Shown here one piece after another: positions 1 to 13,270 of a stretch of DNA of 64,000 nucleotides; the first letter of the stretch is position 1; every line of letters begins with the position of its first letter. The notes under the pieces were generated by a model that searched no databases, had not been told where the DNA came from, and saw nothing but the letters and a program-made list of their open reading frames with translations. This DNA comes from Octopus sinensis (Eukaryota): assembly GCF_006345805.1 (NCBI RefSeq), contig NC_042997.1, forward strand, positions 207,452,001 to 207,516,000, written 5' to 3'. Made by a program: the position numbers and the translations under genes.

Positions 1-439
1 CACACTCTCTTGCCTCTATTTTCATTAATGATAATTTCATATTTACTTCAAGTTGTTGCAAAATCCACTTTATTCTATATATATATAGTGTAAAAAAAAT
101 ATTTATTGAATGAATGAATGCTATTACACAATTTGATGTGTGTTTTTGATAAAATGAAATTTTTTTTCATATACCTGTATAATTTACAAAAAAAAAAATT
201 AAGAAGTGGTTTTGTTGGTATGGCTGTATGGAAAGCTTACAATGGAATGCCTTACTATGTGATCGCTGCTATTTATTAGCACACTAAACGTATAAATTAC
301 TAAAAGAAATATCTACTAAGCAAGAGAGATTTTTTTTATCAATTGAAGTTTTCAGGAAAATTTACAGTAAATATTTTGTAAAGGACCCATTTGTACTTCA
401 ATGTGAAATAATATATTTTCCACAGGTTTTTTTAAGTGT

Positions 440-2000
440 ATTTAATGTATCCGACCTCTAAACCCACTGCAAGACAACCAAGAGGAATTCCCATTCCTTG
501 ACGTACTGGTTTAAAAAAATAAACAAAAAATAGAAAGGAGCATCTTTTACAAAAATATGGACAATAAACAATATCTATTATTTAGCTTGTTCTACCCAAG
601 ACATTAAAACATGCATGACAGAGTGTTAGCGTCCTGAGAGAAATGTTGGGCATAAGAAGCATTGGCTGCAGCGTGCAGGAGAGACGATTGCGATGGTACG
701 GTCATGTACTAAGGATGGACGAGGAGAGACGTGTGATGAAGTGCCACTCCCAAACTGTAGAGGTAGACCCAGGAAGATATGGGACGAGGTGGTCAAGCAT
801 GACCTTCATACTTAGAACCTCACAGAGGCTGTGATGAAAGACCAAGTCCTCTGGAGATATGCTGTGACTTTGAAGACCCGACAAATGAAGTGAGTTCATG
901 CTCGCAGGACAGCTTGCTGTGCTAACCTTGGATCGTAGAGGGACCCACTGTTCTTGAGGAGACTTGTTGAGTCAAGTTCGTTAAGACACCCATGCTGGTG
1001 ACACGTAAAAGCACTGTTCGAGCATGGCAGTTACTAGCGTTGCCTGACTGGCATCCATGTCGGTGACACGTAAAAGCACCAACCGATCATGGCCATTTGC
1101 CAGCCTGCTCTTGCCTCTGTGCTGGTGGCACGTAAAAAGCACCCACTACACTCACGGAGTGGTTGGCGTTAGGAAGGGCATCCAGCTGTAGAAACACTGC
1201 CAAATCAGACTGGAGCCTGGCGCAGCTTCCATGGCTTACCAGAGCCCAGTCGAACTGTCCAACCTATGCCAGCATGGGAAACAGATGTTAAACGATGATG
1301 ATGATGATGATGATTCCCTTCAACCCTGCAAGAAGGATTTGCACCATAGTGATGGAAAAACTACCAAAGAACTAAGACTGCAAGAGCTTAAAAATGTACA
1401 CTACTCAATTCTGCTCATAGGTGATGGGATTAAACATGTAAAATTGATTGACATAAAAACATTAAGAAAAGTCACACACAATAACACACCTACGCTGAAA
1501 ATACTAACCTATATATCCACATACCACCCCAGAAACAACAAAGCATTTAGCAAAATTGTCCAAAATCTCCCAATACTCCATAAGGGCCCCAAACTGAAGG
1601 AAATTCTGCATATACATAAGATCATTAAAAGCAATGAACAATTAAAGACATTAAAGACGATCCTACATTATTCTCAAGAATAACAGACAGAGGAGTAAAA
1701 AAAATGCAGAACATGTCTCAGTCTTTTGGAAGGATCAGAATTCCAGTTTAAACAAGGGCAAAAATAGAAAATTAAATCCAATTTCTATCGCACCTCCCAA
1801 AACCTTCTTTATGTCACCAGATGCTGGGGCTGCCATAAAAACTATACAGTTTCCACAGGGATGGCTCTTAGACATAGATGTACAGTCCACAGGCAATAGA
1901 TTTGTTCCCCACAATATCGCCAGATACATCTCAATGAACCCATTCATAGATGTGCAGAACAACTACAACCACAATTCTTTATCTTCCCATTATATCAGTG
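440..2000 (+). mobile_element. Degenerate Penelope-like element (RT C-terminus plus GIY-YIG endonuclease), split by an RTE insertion at ~613-1313
   Basis: PFLDVLV..YK..DNKQYL..HPRH before 612 resumes as IPFN.ARRICTI after 1313. It continues through TYHPRNNKAF and LEGSEFQFKQGQ to a GIY-YIG remnant (NLLYVTRCWGC...FFIFPLYQC). Similar to ORFs at 14064-15050 and 23579-25876; contains stops and frameshifts. Confidence 0.85.
613..1313 (+). mobile_element. RTE LINE 3' fragment (ORF C-terminus, 3' UTR, (GAT)n tail)
   Basis: LGIRSIGCSVQERRLRWYGHVLRMDEER is an RTE C-terminal motif. Followed by the shared 3' UTR (GGAAGGGCATCCAGCTGTAGAAAC) and (GAT)n. Confidence 0.9.
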
Positions 2001-4149
2001 TGCTCTTTGGACCTTAACACAAATGTAACTAAATTAAGGGGGCTCATTTAGTGAAGAAATATAAGCAAGAACTAAATATAAGTCCATATTGAAAATTATA
2101 CAAGTGCAACTAAATATAAAGAGGCCTCATTTTTCTTGAAAATATAAGCCAGAACTGAATATAAATTACAGAATTACCTCCCCTTTACTCAAAATACCTT
2201 AGTTACCAATTATCTACCCCTTAACAACCAAAATTTCTCCTTTCATAATGCATTTAATACTCAAAATTTGAAAAACTACAGTGAAACCAGTTGTTTTATA
2301 GGGGGAAAAAAAATCTTATTTTGTATATTATTCTATAATACTTTTACCACAGTTTCATGAAACAAATCTGTGTTTTTTCATCTTATTTCTTTCCTTGTAG
2401 ATTCAATCATGTGTGATCACTAACCATACATTCTCATATATATATATTAATACAGTGTACATTTAAACACATAAGAGATGGCCATAACAGGACATCTGAC
2501 TCACTAGATATATATATATTTGTGAAATATAACATGTCTTGAATGGCACAACAATGCAGAGTGGACTATAATAAATGTTATAATTGATATGAAAATTCAT
2601 AGTCTGATATAATATTTTGGAATATAAAAATTCCCTCTTCATATGTCACTAATAATTAATAAGAATTTTGTCCCCAATTAATAAGTATTATGCCTACTCA
2701 TAATAAGTCATAGATTTTTCTCTAAAGTGAATAAATTTTAGATCTTTAATTTCTCCTTTAATCCAATGTATCAAAATACTCAAAACCTATAAAGTTGATG
2801 TATATAAGTTTTTTAAAAAATCTCTGCTTTCTCTATGAGTGGTCATTATAATCATTATAACCATTTGACACTAACCTAGTTTTCCTAATGCTAAATCTGT
2901 TTACCAAATAGTAGTAAAAGGCATCTGTAGTGTGACAACCCTTTTCTCTCTACCTCAATTTCTTTGACATCTATTTCACCCCTATTTCTATAAATAGAAA
3001 ATCTTTCTTGTCTCCTTTCAATTGTTCATTCTTCTCAAAACCTTCTAGCAGTTCAAAGCAACTGAATATTCTTCAGTCAGTTGATAAACTCCACTACCTT
3101 AAATGTTCTTAAAATTTAAATCCACATCTTTGTCTATATATCTACCTTCTCTATAATGTTATCACTTAATATGAAAATTATGTTTTAATGGAAAACCTCA
3201 ATTAATTGCTGATGAGTGCTCAGCATTTTAAAACTGTTGTAATACTTACAACATTTAATGAAATGATGCAGTGTGAAACGATTGTACCAAATTACTGAAG
3301 TTATTCTTGTTGCGTATTTTGATTATAATCACTCCATGGATTTATATGGATAACACCATGAAAAATTCTGGTGCATCTAACTTAGGTACCATATTCATTT
3401 AAATCTAAATTTTGCTGAACTTATATATATATAAATATATAAATTAGAAAAAAAGCACCTTTTATCAATTCAATAATAAAAAATTCAAATATACCATTTA
3501 GAAAAATTACATATTATAGAAAGATTAAATATAAGATAAAACATATAACAATGATTAGGTAATGTGCAAAATAATAAATAAAATGTATATATTAAATTTA
3601 TATATAATTTCTTGATAATTATTAGTTATGATATGTATATCTATTTATTTATTATGCTTTATTATTATTATTTTTATAATGTGTTTTAATGTATTACATA
3701 TAATTTAATTTGAGAATTAGATTTGTAAGACAATACATTATTTAATAGTTAAGTGGTCTATTTATTACATAGTATTACATTTAAGAAAATTAGTTTAATA
3801 TTAATTAATATTTTGGTCAACTATAATATTGAGTAAAATATTAAATCTATAGATACTACATATATATTAATAATATTGTTAGTTTATGTAATAGGTGAGT
3901 ATATATTTGAACCATTTCCTATTTTTAATTCCAATATTTATAGCTTGTACTACCATTAATTAACATTAAGGTTTTTAATATAAATTACTTAATGAGTATA
4001 AGATTTTATTTAGATGTTTATTAAATACATAAATTAATTAATAATTTAATTTAATGTATATAGATTAAATTATAGTATTTAGTTTTCACTTAATGTATAT
4101 TTTGTATCTTATTCTAATTAATTGTATCTTGTTTTTTAAACAAGAATAT

Positions 4150-6889
4150 ATTAGGGATAACTTAGGATGCCCACAATTCCACACAGTCAGCTACACGGAT
4201 CACAAATTCGTGACGTGTACGCTAGACTTAGATAAGGCACATAGACAGGGTCCTGGTTACTGGAAACTGAACGCATCTTTCCCGTCCAGACAGGTTTTCA
4301 GAGACAGAATCAACACGTTAGTAAAAAGGGCTTTAACGGGAGCCATTGTCAACAACAAATGGTGGTTCGCCCTCAAGAGAGCAGTAAAAGCGGAAGCAAT
4401 TAGATATAGCAAGGCACTAGCCGTAGATAGAAATAGAGTAGAGGGTGAGTTAGTTAAGAAGTTAGAAGAGGCAATAAGAAGCGGCATCACATCCGACGTT
4501 TTAGCGGCGAGGTTGGCCCTTGACCAACACTTCAACGCCAAACACGAAGGGTGTGCTGTCAGGGCTAGGATGCGTGCTCTAAGGATGGAAGGTGTTGGAG
4601 CCGCGAGGGAGGCCCGGGTGGCGGAGGCGCAGCAGGGCAACAAAGCCACCATTCGGTCTCTGGTAGATGAACAAGGGCGCGAATTGCTCGAGCTCAGCAA
4701 GATGTCCGAGACATTTCAGCGGCACTTTGCCCGACTGTACGAGATGAGTGGCGAGCGTGAACGCAGGGTGGACTTCAGTGCCTTCCTGCACAGCCTACCA
4801 CGACTCTCGGCAAGAGAGGCAGAGTGCTGCGAAGGTGCCATCACGGCGGCGGATGTGCGGGATGCGATGGCAGAATGCTCGAGAGACAAATCGCCGGGTT
4901 TGGATGGTCTGCCCTACGAGTTTTACAATTGTATGCCAGACTTGTTTGGAGACGTCTTGGCAGCGGTATACTGCAACTGGCAGCAAAACAGTGAGTCGAG
5001 GAGCCGTAACGCTGCTGAAGAAAGATCCAAACAACGGGAACATTATAGATAACTTTAGACCAATCACTCTGCTCAATGCAGAACTGAAAATTTTGACAAA
5101 GGTGTTAGCCAAGAGGTTGGCGCTTGTCATCCATGACAACCTCCATCTGATGCACTACATCATAGACAGAATAGTTAAGGAACCTGGCATGGGTGGGGCC
5201 CTGATCAACTTGGATCAATCGAAAGCCTTCGATAGGGTAGACCATCGATACTTGGAGGCAGTCCTGAGAGCGGCTGGTTTTGGTCCCGTCTTCCGCAGCT
5301 GGATAGCTGCCTTGTACAGAGGCATCCGTTCGGTAATTCACGTGAATGGACATCTATCGAGACCTTTCGACATTGCACGTTCGATCCATCAGGGATGCCC
5401 CCTCTCGGCGCTTCTATACGTATTGACTCTTGAGCCACTACTGCTGAAGCTGGCGACTCTGAGGGGCATCCCATGAGAATTGGGATGCGGGACGAGCGTG
5501 TCTGCATACGCGGACGACGTCGCCGTCATAGTGTCAAGCCACGAGCACATCGAGCTGGTCGGCGAGACACTGAAAGACCACGAAGCGGTGACAGGAGCAA
5601 AAATCAACCGGGAAAAGTCAGTGGGCTTGCGGCTCGGCACCTGGAAAAGCAAGCCCATGCCGTCCACCAGTACTTCCGTCGTGGGACGCTGGACAGACGG
5701 CCCGGTTGAGTTGCTCGGGGTCTGGTTCGGTACGGACCTCCAAATGGAGAAGAACTGGAACGAGATAACGAGTAGGGTGGTCACTCTCGCCCAGCAATGG
5801 GCCGAGAGGAAACTGTCCCTAAAAGGTTGGGCGGAGGTGGCGAACGCGTACATCGCGTCCATCATCTACTACCGCCTGACCGTCGTACCTTGTCCCGACC
5901 CTACCATCACCAAACTAGAACGCATTCTCTTTCGCTTCTTGTGGAAAGGATGCGTCCCGATGGTCAGGCGATCCATTTGCTGTCAACACCCGTTAAAAGG
6001 AGGGCTGGGCATGCCATGCATGATGCGCAGACACCCGCTGAGACGGCGACATCTCCGGCTCTATGTAGACGACGGTGAACAGGTGTGGTCGCCGTTTGTG
6101 AGGCACGCGTTCCTGCAGCTCGTCTCCATGACTGAACTGCAGTCGTGGATCAAAAAGAGGCCGAGGAAGGGCAAATGGCACCGCGAGTGTCGAGTTGCTC
6201 TCAAGCAACTCTGCCGTCCTGGGTCGACCTTGAGTGACTTCATCACAACCAAAGCATTCTATAGGGGATTACTGGAGGGGAGGTACGACGACGATCTTGG
6301 GGCAAACCTGGGCGTCGACGAGGAATACCTGACCCGCCTGTTTGAAACGACTTTTGGGCCGGGACCTATGGACAACTTCCAGAGATCCCTGGCCTGGCGG
6401 TGCTACCGAGAAGCGCTACCCGTTCGGGATAAGCTCTATAGGCATGGCTCGAGAAACACGGGGCCGACCTGCCCGAGATGCGGTCAGAGCGACAAAACCG
6501 CTCTGCACGCAATCGTGCAGTGTCCAGCAATTTCCGACCTGTGGGCTTATGTCGAACAACTGCTGTCACGTGTGGGACGAGTCGGTTTATCAGCCGAGTC
6601 TATCGTTAATATCGTCACGCCTCCTTCCTTCAAACGGGAAGGAAGAGCTATTTTTATCATACTTGTGGCTATGGCGAAAGAATGTATCTGGTGGACGCGC
6701 CTGAAAGGATTAGAGACAAACACTTTCCTCTCTGGTCAATCTCTCATCAACTTCTTCAAGTATCACTTGAAGAGGAAAGTGAGAGTAGAGAGGCAAGTTT
6801 TGTCTAGTGAATGTTTTAAAAAAAGATGGGTGAATGTAGCATGGATGGCACGTATGAATGACGAAGCCACCTCGACTATGATTCTATGA
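4150..6889 (+). pseudogene. Frameshifted Tx1 ORF2 (pieces 4093-5052, 4748-5476, 5480-6889 in the ORF track)
   Basis: RT motifs are spread over three frames, with internal deletions near 4990 and 5130. Confidence 0.85.
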
Positions 6890-7268
6890 ACCGTAAAAAT
6901 TAATACAGAGAGTTGCTTATTTGCAAAAAAAAAAAAGAAATATAACATGTGACTTCATTGACCGATGTTACCGTGGTATTTTCCGTAGGCTTTTCTTTCC
7001 ACGGGTAAACATCACCTGTCCTCCCCTTTACACTTCATATTGACATTTCTGTGATAACGATCCCTATTGATCATTTTTTTCCTTTCCTTTTTTTTCCTTT
7101 CCCCCTTTTTTTTGTTTTAATTTTATCCCCCCCTTTTTGTCCTCTTTCTTTCCTTTTATGATCCCTTTTGATCGAAAACCAAACCGCCTTTTTTTTTACC
7201 CCAAAAAGAAAAGCTCTACCTTGTAATTTGTCCTGTTTGTGTGCAGCCCTCTGTGGCTAATAAAGAAA
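4150..7268 (+). mobile_element. 5'-truncated Tx1/L1-clade LINE (APE C-terminus, RT, CCHC finger, 3' UTR)
   Basis: Motifs TDH..GPGYWKLN, KSPGLDGLPYEFY, RPITLLNAELKIL, DQSKAFDRVDH, QGCPLS, YADD and CPRCGQ..TALHAIVQC. T-rich 3' UTR ends in AATAAAGAAAC followed by (TATC)n. Confidence 0.92.
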
Positions 7269-7270
7269 CA

Positions 7271-7317
<47 letters not shown>

Positions 7318-7318
7318 A

Positions 7319-7349
<31 letters not shown>

Positions 7350-7356
7350 ATATCTA

Positions 7357-7414
<58 letters not shown>

Positions 7415-7512
7415 TACACATACATGTATACATATACATCTATATCTATAGAAATACATCTATACATATACATGTATACATATACAGCTATATATATATA
7501 TATATATATATA
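7269..7512. repeat. (TATC)n/(TA)n compound microsatellite
   Basis: Direct reading of the sequence. Confidence 0.97.
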
Positions 7513-7513
7513 A

Positions 7514-7761
7514 TTTTAATCCAAACGGGAAACAAAAAACAACACAATGGAACAATTACAGTATTATTATTAATAGGCGCTCAGGAAATGGAAGCAGGGA
7601 GGTATGACGTTTCGAGCGGAGCTCTTCGTCGGAAACATAAAGAAGGAAGAGAGAGGAAAGAAAGATCCCAGAGCGGGATAGAGAAAAAAAAACGACTGGT
7701 GTTTACGAGTTGCACATGGTGAAAGGCGGATGTTTACGATAACAAGAGCAAAGTAGATATA

Positions 7762-7797
<36 letters not shown>

Positions 7798-8340
7798 ATA
7801 TTAATTAGAGACAAAACCACTATTATGCAAATCAAACAAAGAAAGACTTAATCCAATACATAAAAATTTTATATAAATTAAATATAATTAAGATATCCAC
7901 TACGATCGTTTCTTGTCACTTCTATGGACATTCATCAGGTGGTTTCAAGATCTAAAAAATAATCAATATTTTTAAGATATAAATTTGAAATGACTAAAAT
8001 ATATAAAAAATATAAAATTATCAATGAAAAAATATATATAATCAAGAACTAAAATAACCTCTATAAACGATTGAATATAATGAAACCCAGTATATTTAAA
8101 TTCTCATATTTGAAGACGAAATGGCTAATTTCAAAAAACAAATATATGTGCTCATGCACATATATCCATGTATGTATATAAACATATCTATTGGATTAAG
8201 TCTTTCTTTGTTTGATTTGCATAATAGTGGTTTTGTCTCTAATTAATATTATATTATATTTTACTATAAAATTGGATTCAATCCTAAATCTGATTTTTCC
8301 CTGTAAATTTGGATTTATTCCCTAATATTTATTATTATAT
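7514..8340. mobile_element. PLE pseudo-LTR remnants with an internal inverted pair (~7800-7860 / ~8190-8250)
   Basis: AATTAGAGACAAAACCACTATTATGCAAATCAAAC is shared with pLTR ends at ~20030, ~21170 (reverse) and ~55978. Hammerhead motifs are present. Confidence 0.7.
7897..7942 (-). ncRNA. Type I hammerhead ribozyme, canonical core
   Basis: Minus strand reads CCAC CUGAUGA A UGUC-loop-GACA A GAAA CGAUCG UA GUGG. Stem I is CCAC/GUGG, stem II is UGUC/GACA, stem III is the palindrome ACGAUCGU, and the cleavage triplet is GUA. Confidence 0.8.
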
Positions 8341-8639
8341 ATATATATATATATATTTATATATACTTATATATATATATTTATATACATCTATGTGTAT
8401 ACGTATACATCTATATCTATAGAAATACAGCTATACGCTCTTCTACAGAAAGGGACACAGAAAAAACAAGGAGAGAAAAAAATCTGTGTAGTGGCTAACG
8501 ATCTATCATGGCGACTAGTGCCGGACAGAAGGGTCAAACACGAGAAGGAAAGTAGGGGAGATAACAAAGTAAAGATGACCCTCAACACAAAGGTACGTGC
8601 GTGTATAAGAGAGTATGTATGTGCATGTGAAAGAGGGCT

Positions 8640-9318
8640 CGGGGTCTGGATGTGTGCATGTATGTATGTGTAGGTGTGAAGATGTGGGGATGGGTGTGTG
8701 GGTGGTGTGGTGTGATGTGATGTGTAATGTTGTATGGTGTGATGTGATGTGTAATTTTGTATGGTGTGGTGTGATCTTGTTGGGAAGTGGGGAGGCGAGA
8801 GTGGGGAAAGCACGGGTAGGGTGTGCGTTCGGCTGAGGGTTGGGGTGGAGTTGGAGTTTGTGGGAAGGCTGAGGGTGGGGGTAGAGGTGGGGTGTGTGGG
8901 ATAGGATGGGCGATGGGATGGGTGGATGGGAAGGATAGGGATGGTGGAGTAGGGATGTGTAGGGGTGGGTGGGCTTATGGGGGAGGGGAATGTGGGTGAG
9001 TGAGGAGAGAAGAGAGTAAGATAGAAGAGAGAAAGAGAATAAGAGAGGAGAGAGAAAGAGGGAAGAGAGAAAGAGAGTATGAGGTAAAGTGGGAGAGAGA
9101 GAGTAGGAGAGAAGAGAGTAAGAGAGAAGAGGGAAAGAAAGTAGGGGGAAGAGAAGTAGGAGTCGGGGCAAGAGAGGAGAGTTGGGTGGGAAGAAGGAGG
9201 AGTGAGGGGGGAGAGAGTAGAGAAGGAGAGTGAGCGAGCAGAGAGTAAGAGAGAAGAGGGAAAGAGAATAGGGGTGAAAAAATGTAGGAGTGAAGAGAAG
9301 TAGGAGTCGGGGAGGAGG
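8640..9318. repeat. TG/GA-rich low-complexity tract (3' region of the minus-strand PLE)
   Basis: GTGTG/GGT/GAGA runs directly downstream of the PLE stop codon. Confidence 0.8.
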
Positions 9319-11310
9319 TTAGATGAAAAGGGGAAGAGAGTTGAGCCCAAATGGCGTTAAAGAGCGAAGAGAGAAGATTAATCCCTGTTCACGGTGCAAA
9401 CGGGAGTCCGGATGGCCTCTGTGCAAGGATAATCCGAATACAGACAGCTGTTGCAAGGAGTGACCAGTGGAGCGGAAATGGTGTGAGACTGGGGTGTCAT
9501 TGCCGAGGCGGATGTCTCGGAGGTGTTCCGCGAACCGGTCAACCAAGCGGTGTCCTGTTTGTCCGATATACAGGGAATGGCAGAGAGAGCAGAATATGCA
9601 ATAGATGATATTGCTGGAGGTGCAGGTGAAGGAGTCAATGATGCGATAGGGTCGATGATGGGTGCCGGTGAGGAGGGTGGTGTTTTAGAGGTAAGGGCAA
9701 GTGCGGCAGCGTGGGCAGGAGCAGGGGAACGAGCCAGGTTGGGAGGTAGGGTTGGGGAAGAAGCTATGGACCAAGAGGTCTCGTTTGAAGGAGGAGAGGG
9801 GTCTGTTAGGGAAGATGTGTGAAGTGGACGGGTTGGACTGGAGATGCCGGAAAGCTCGGAGAATGGTGCATTGGAGAGGTAGGGTAGTGGGGTGGTAGGT
9901 GAGGGGAAAAGGGAGGGGGAGACTTCAGGGTGGGTTGGGGGTGGGGGAGAACAGATGCACGGTCCACGGAGCGTGCTCTGGCAAGGGAGGTGTGGATAGT
10001 GGTGGGGGATATCCACGTAAGATGAAGTGGCAAGCCATGAGTTGAGACTGAGTCTCAAAGTCATGGTTGTCACTACAGAGCCTGCGTAGATGGAGGAATT
10101 GGGAATAGGGGATGGAAATCTTGGTGTATTTGGGGTGGGAGGAGAAGTTTAGGTATGAGTGTGAGTCTGTATGTTTGTAGTGGATGGAGGTGGTAAGAGT
10201 GGAGTGATGAATGCTGACCGAAATGTCAAGAAAGGAGACAGAGGTGTCAGAGATAGTGCTGGAGAAGTGGAGGGCAGGATGGAAAGATTTGACGAAAGAG
10301 AGGAAGGAGTCTTGATGTTCGCGGGAGAGTGAGGTGGCACCGATACAGTCGTCAATATAACGGCCATATAGTTTGGGAGTGGGACGAGTGAAACTAGAGA
10401 ATATTTGGGCCTCAGGATAGCCAACGAACAGGTTTGCATAGTTGGGGCCCATTCTCTTCCCCAGGGTCACTCCCGAGATCTTCTGGTAAAACTTGCCCGT
10501 GAACGAGAAGCAGTTGAGTGAGAGGACAAGTTCGGCCAGACGAACGAGTGTGGAGGTGTAAGGCTGGGAAGCATTTCAGTGAATGCAGCCCCTCGTTGCA
10601 AGGGATCACAGTGTAGAGTCTCTGGATGTCCATTATAAGGAGAAGTTTGGAGGAGCCAGGAGGGAAGGAGAAAGAGCTGAATAGACGAAGAGCATGGTTG
10701 GTGTCATGGATGTGACAAGGAAGAGAAGCCACTAGGGGGTCAAGGATACGGTCGAGATATTTGGAGATAAGCTTGGTGGGGCAGTTACAGGCGGTGACGA
10801 TGGGGCGGCCAGGGTTGTTGGGTTTGTGGATTTGGGGGAGGAAGTAAATGGTGGGGGTGCGGGGAGTTCGGACAATGATGTTGGATGCGGTGTGGGGGAG
10901 ATGGGAGGACGAGATGAGGTCATGGATGGTTGAGGAGACCGTCTATTGGTAGCTGGGCGTGGGGTCAGACAACAGAGGGCAGTAGAAGGAGGTGTCATGG
11001 AGTTGCCAGAGAGCTTCGGCCTTGTAGAAGTCCACATGCCATACCACCACAGCTCCACCCTTGTTGGCTGGTTTAATAACGATGTCAGTGCGCCGTCGGA
11101 GGGATCGAAGAGCCGAGAGTGTGGCTGGGGAGATGTTGAGACGACGGGGACGCCTGGAGAAGTTGAACCGCTCTAAAGTGCACTGACAGACGCCCGCGAA
11201 AAGATCCACTGCTTGGAACTGGCCAGGAGCAGGCGTCCACTGGGATGGTTGGCGGCCCAGGTGAGTGAAGCAGTCCTCCTCGTTTGATGCGGGTGGATAA
11301 GGGTTATTTA
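9319..11310 (-). mobile_element. Penelope-like element (Neptune-like), frameshifted RT plus GIY-YIG
   Basis: Motifs IKPANKGGAVVVW, GKRMGPNYANLFVG, RYIDD, SFLDISV, YKHTDSHSYL..HP, and DRFAEH...VSHHF...EQGLIFSLRSLTPFGLN. Confidence 0.92.
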
Positions 11311-11928
11311 GTGTGCACTTTTCCATATATATATATATATATATATATACATCCATATATCTATAGATCTATATATATACATTTATTTGTATACATAAAT
11401 TTAAATTTAAAATAATAAGGGTGAACAATTTAATATTAATTTGATTAGTATCAATTTAAAACGAGTGGTGTAGCATATAAGACCACAGTGGATCTTCTTC
11501 TAGCAGAATGGATGTCCAGTAACAGTTCATCCCTGCTATATAATAGTTTCATTTTAATAGTTTCAGTATTAAAGTGAAAGTATCTGACATTACAGTAGAG
11601 ATATGTTTTTGTTTCACTTTTAACACGTAATACTGAAATAGTGGAGGAAATATGATATTGCTGTGGGCTCGCCCTAGGGAAGAAGTTAGAATTGTTTTTG
11701 CCCTAGACACTACATGGACCCTAAGTAAGGCATTTGTAAAATTTGAATGAAATTGGTTGTGTAGTTCTCAAGTTTTAGGGATTCACAGACAGACACACAT
11801 TCTCAATTTTATATATATAAAGATATTAATTATTAAAATATAACATACAATATATATATATATATATATATATATGAAAAAACAAGTAAAAAATAGAAAA
11901 TGCTAAAATAATTTTATAGTGAACATTT

Positions 11929-11966
11929 CAGTACCGGTTTCGGTCATTTTGAGACCTTTTCAACTG
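11929..11966 (-). ncRNA. Hammerhead ribozyme motif, U3-A8 core variant (inverted arm copy)
   Basis: Exact reverse complement of 15744-15781. Confidence 0.6.
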
Positions 11967-12315
11967 TAACGATTAAATAATTAAATTTAGAAAAATTAGA
12001 AGAAAAGTTTTTTTAAAAGAATATTTCTATAGTAGTGTTCAGATTTAAGTGGCATTCTGCCTTTCTCTGACTCCCTTGTTTGCACTTGTGTGTTCGAGGT
12101 AGTTGTGAGCTCTTGGTAGGGTAGTAGAGAGAAGGCTGGTGAGGAAAGGGGGGTGGGAGAATCTGGGAGTGCCCTGATGGTCGTATTTTGAATGGTCAGT
12201 GGCGGCTGGCAGTCTCAGTTCAATTCAGGAGAATATTTATATTGATAGGCTTCTTTATAGAATTAGCGTAGGTGTTATACTAAAAAACATTAGTGACAAA
12301 CTTAAGGGGTAGGGG

Positions 12316-12530
12316 GTGGAGAAGAAGAAGAAGAAGAAGAAGAAGAAGGAGAAGGAGAAGGAGAAGGAGAAGATGACGATGATGGTGATGGTGGTGATGA
12401 TTATGACGACGATGATGATGATAACGATGATGATGAAGAAGAAGAAGAAGAAGAAGGAGGAGAAGGAGAAGATGGTGGTGATGATGGTGGCGATGATGAT
12501 GATGCCGATGATGATGATAACGATGATGAT

Positions 12531-12563
<33 letters not shown>

Positions 12564-12570
12564 AAAACAG
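12316..12570. repeat. (GAA)n/(GAT)n/(GGT)n trinucleotide tract in the pLTR, mirrored at ~15160-15395
   Basis: Direct reading; produces the spurious poly-K/M ORFs. Confidence 0.95.
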
Positions 12571-13270
12571 AGAAGGGAGAATATGAATGTAAATATAGCT
12601 ATGAAGGGGCTGATTAGTAATGGATTCTATTGAGTGTAGTATTTGTGTGTGTATATATATTTTTTTCTTTTATTCTAAAGTTGAGGTATATTAATTGTTT
12701 GTCGTAGACCCGTTAAGAAGTGGCTTGTATTTTGTAATAAAGAGATTTTCTTTACTTATTCGTTGTCTCGAAGTTGTATCGTCCCTAAATTGGTAGAGGG
12801 GGAAAATTCTGAAGTTTGGTGTTTTTTTGTTGGCGCAAGTATCTATGTGTTGGCTAAAAGCTATTTTTCTGTTTTGGGGAATTTTTATCTGGGATCTGTG
12901 CAGGGCCATTCGTTTACGCAAACCATTTTTTGTTTGGCCTATGTACTGCTCTTGACACCCGGAGCAGGTTAGTGAGTATATTAGGTTCTCCGAAGCACAT
13001 GTGAAGTTGCTTTTCACTGTAAAACGTTGTCCCTGTTTGAAGGAGAACTCAGAACCCTCGATTAGATAGTCGCATATCCCGCAATTGGGTCTTCCACATT
13101 TTTTTACTGTCGGCTTCTGTGTTGAAGAGTGAATTCGGGCTTGTGTAAGGAGACTTTTCATGGATCTAGGCTGTCTTTTGCTTTTTATGATCGTGTGTGT
13201 TTGGAGGATTGTGTTCATTCTGTGGTCTTTTTTTAGGAGGGGTATGTTGTGGAGGATGTAATGAGGGATA

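Noticed and set aside
3196-3235. CTGATGAG at ~3208 as a hammerhead core
   Set aside because: A short TGCT/AGCA hairpin follows, but there is no GAAA or stem III.
7239-7513. ORFs rich in I/Y/L/S, H/T, C/V or K/M (also 8391-9350, 12316-12633, 16216-16488, 38728-39192, 44363-45426, 56594-56864)
   Set aside because: These are translations of microsatellites or low-complexity DNA.
10412-10560. Apparent internal duplication in the minus-strand PLE
   Set aside because: Overlapping ORF-track entries are just different frames of the same frameshifted RT.
11640-11825. Helitron/DINE-like terminal (ACAGACAGAC...TTTTATATATATAAAGAT)
   Set aside because: Single copy in the window and no second end identified; the resemblance alone is insufficient.
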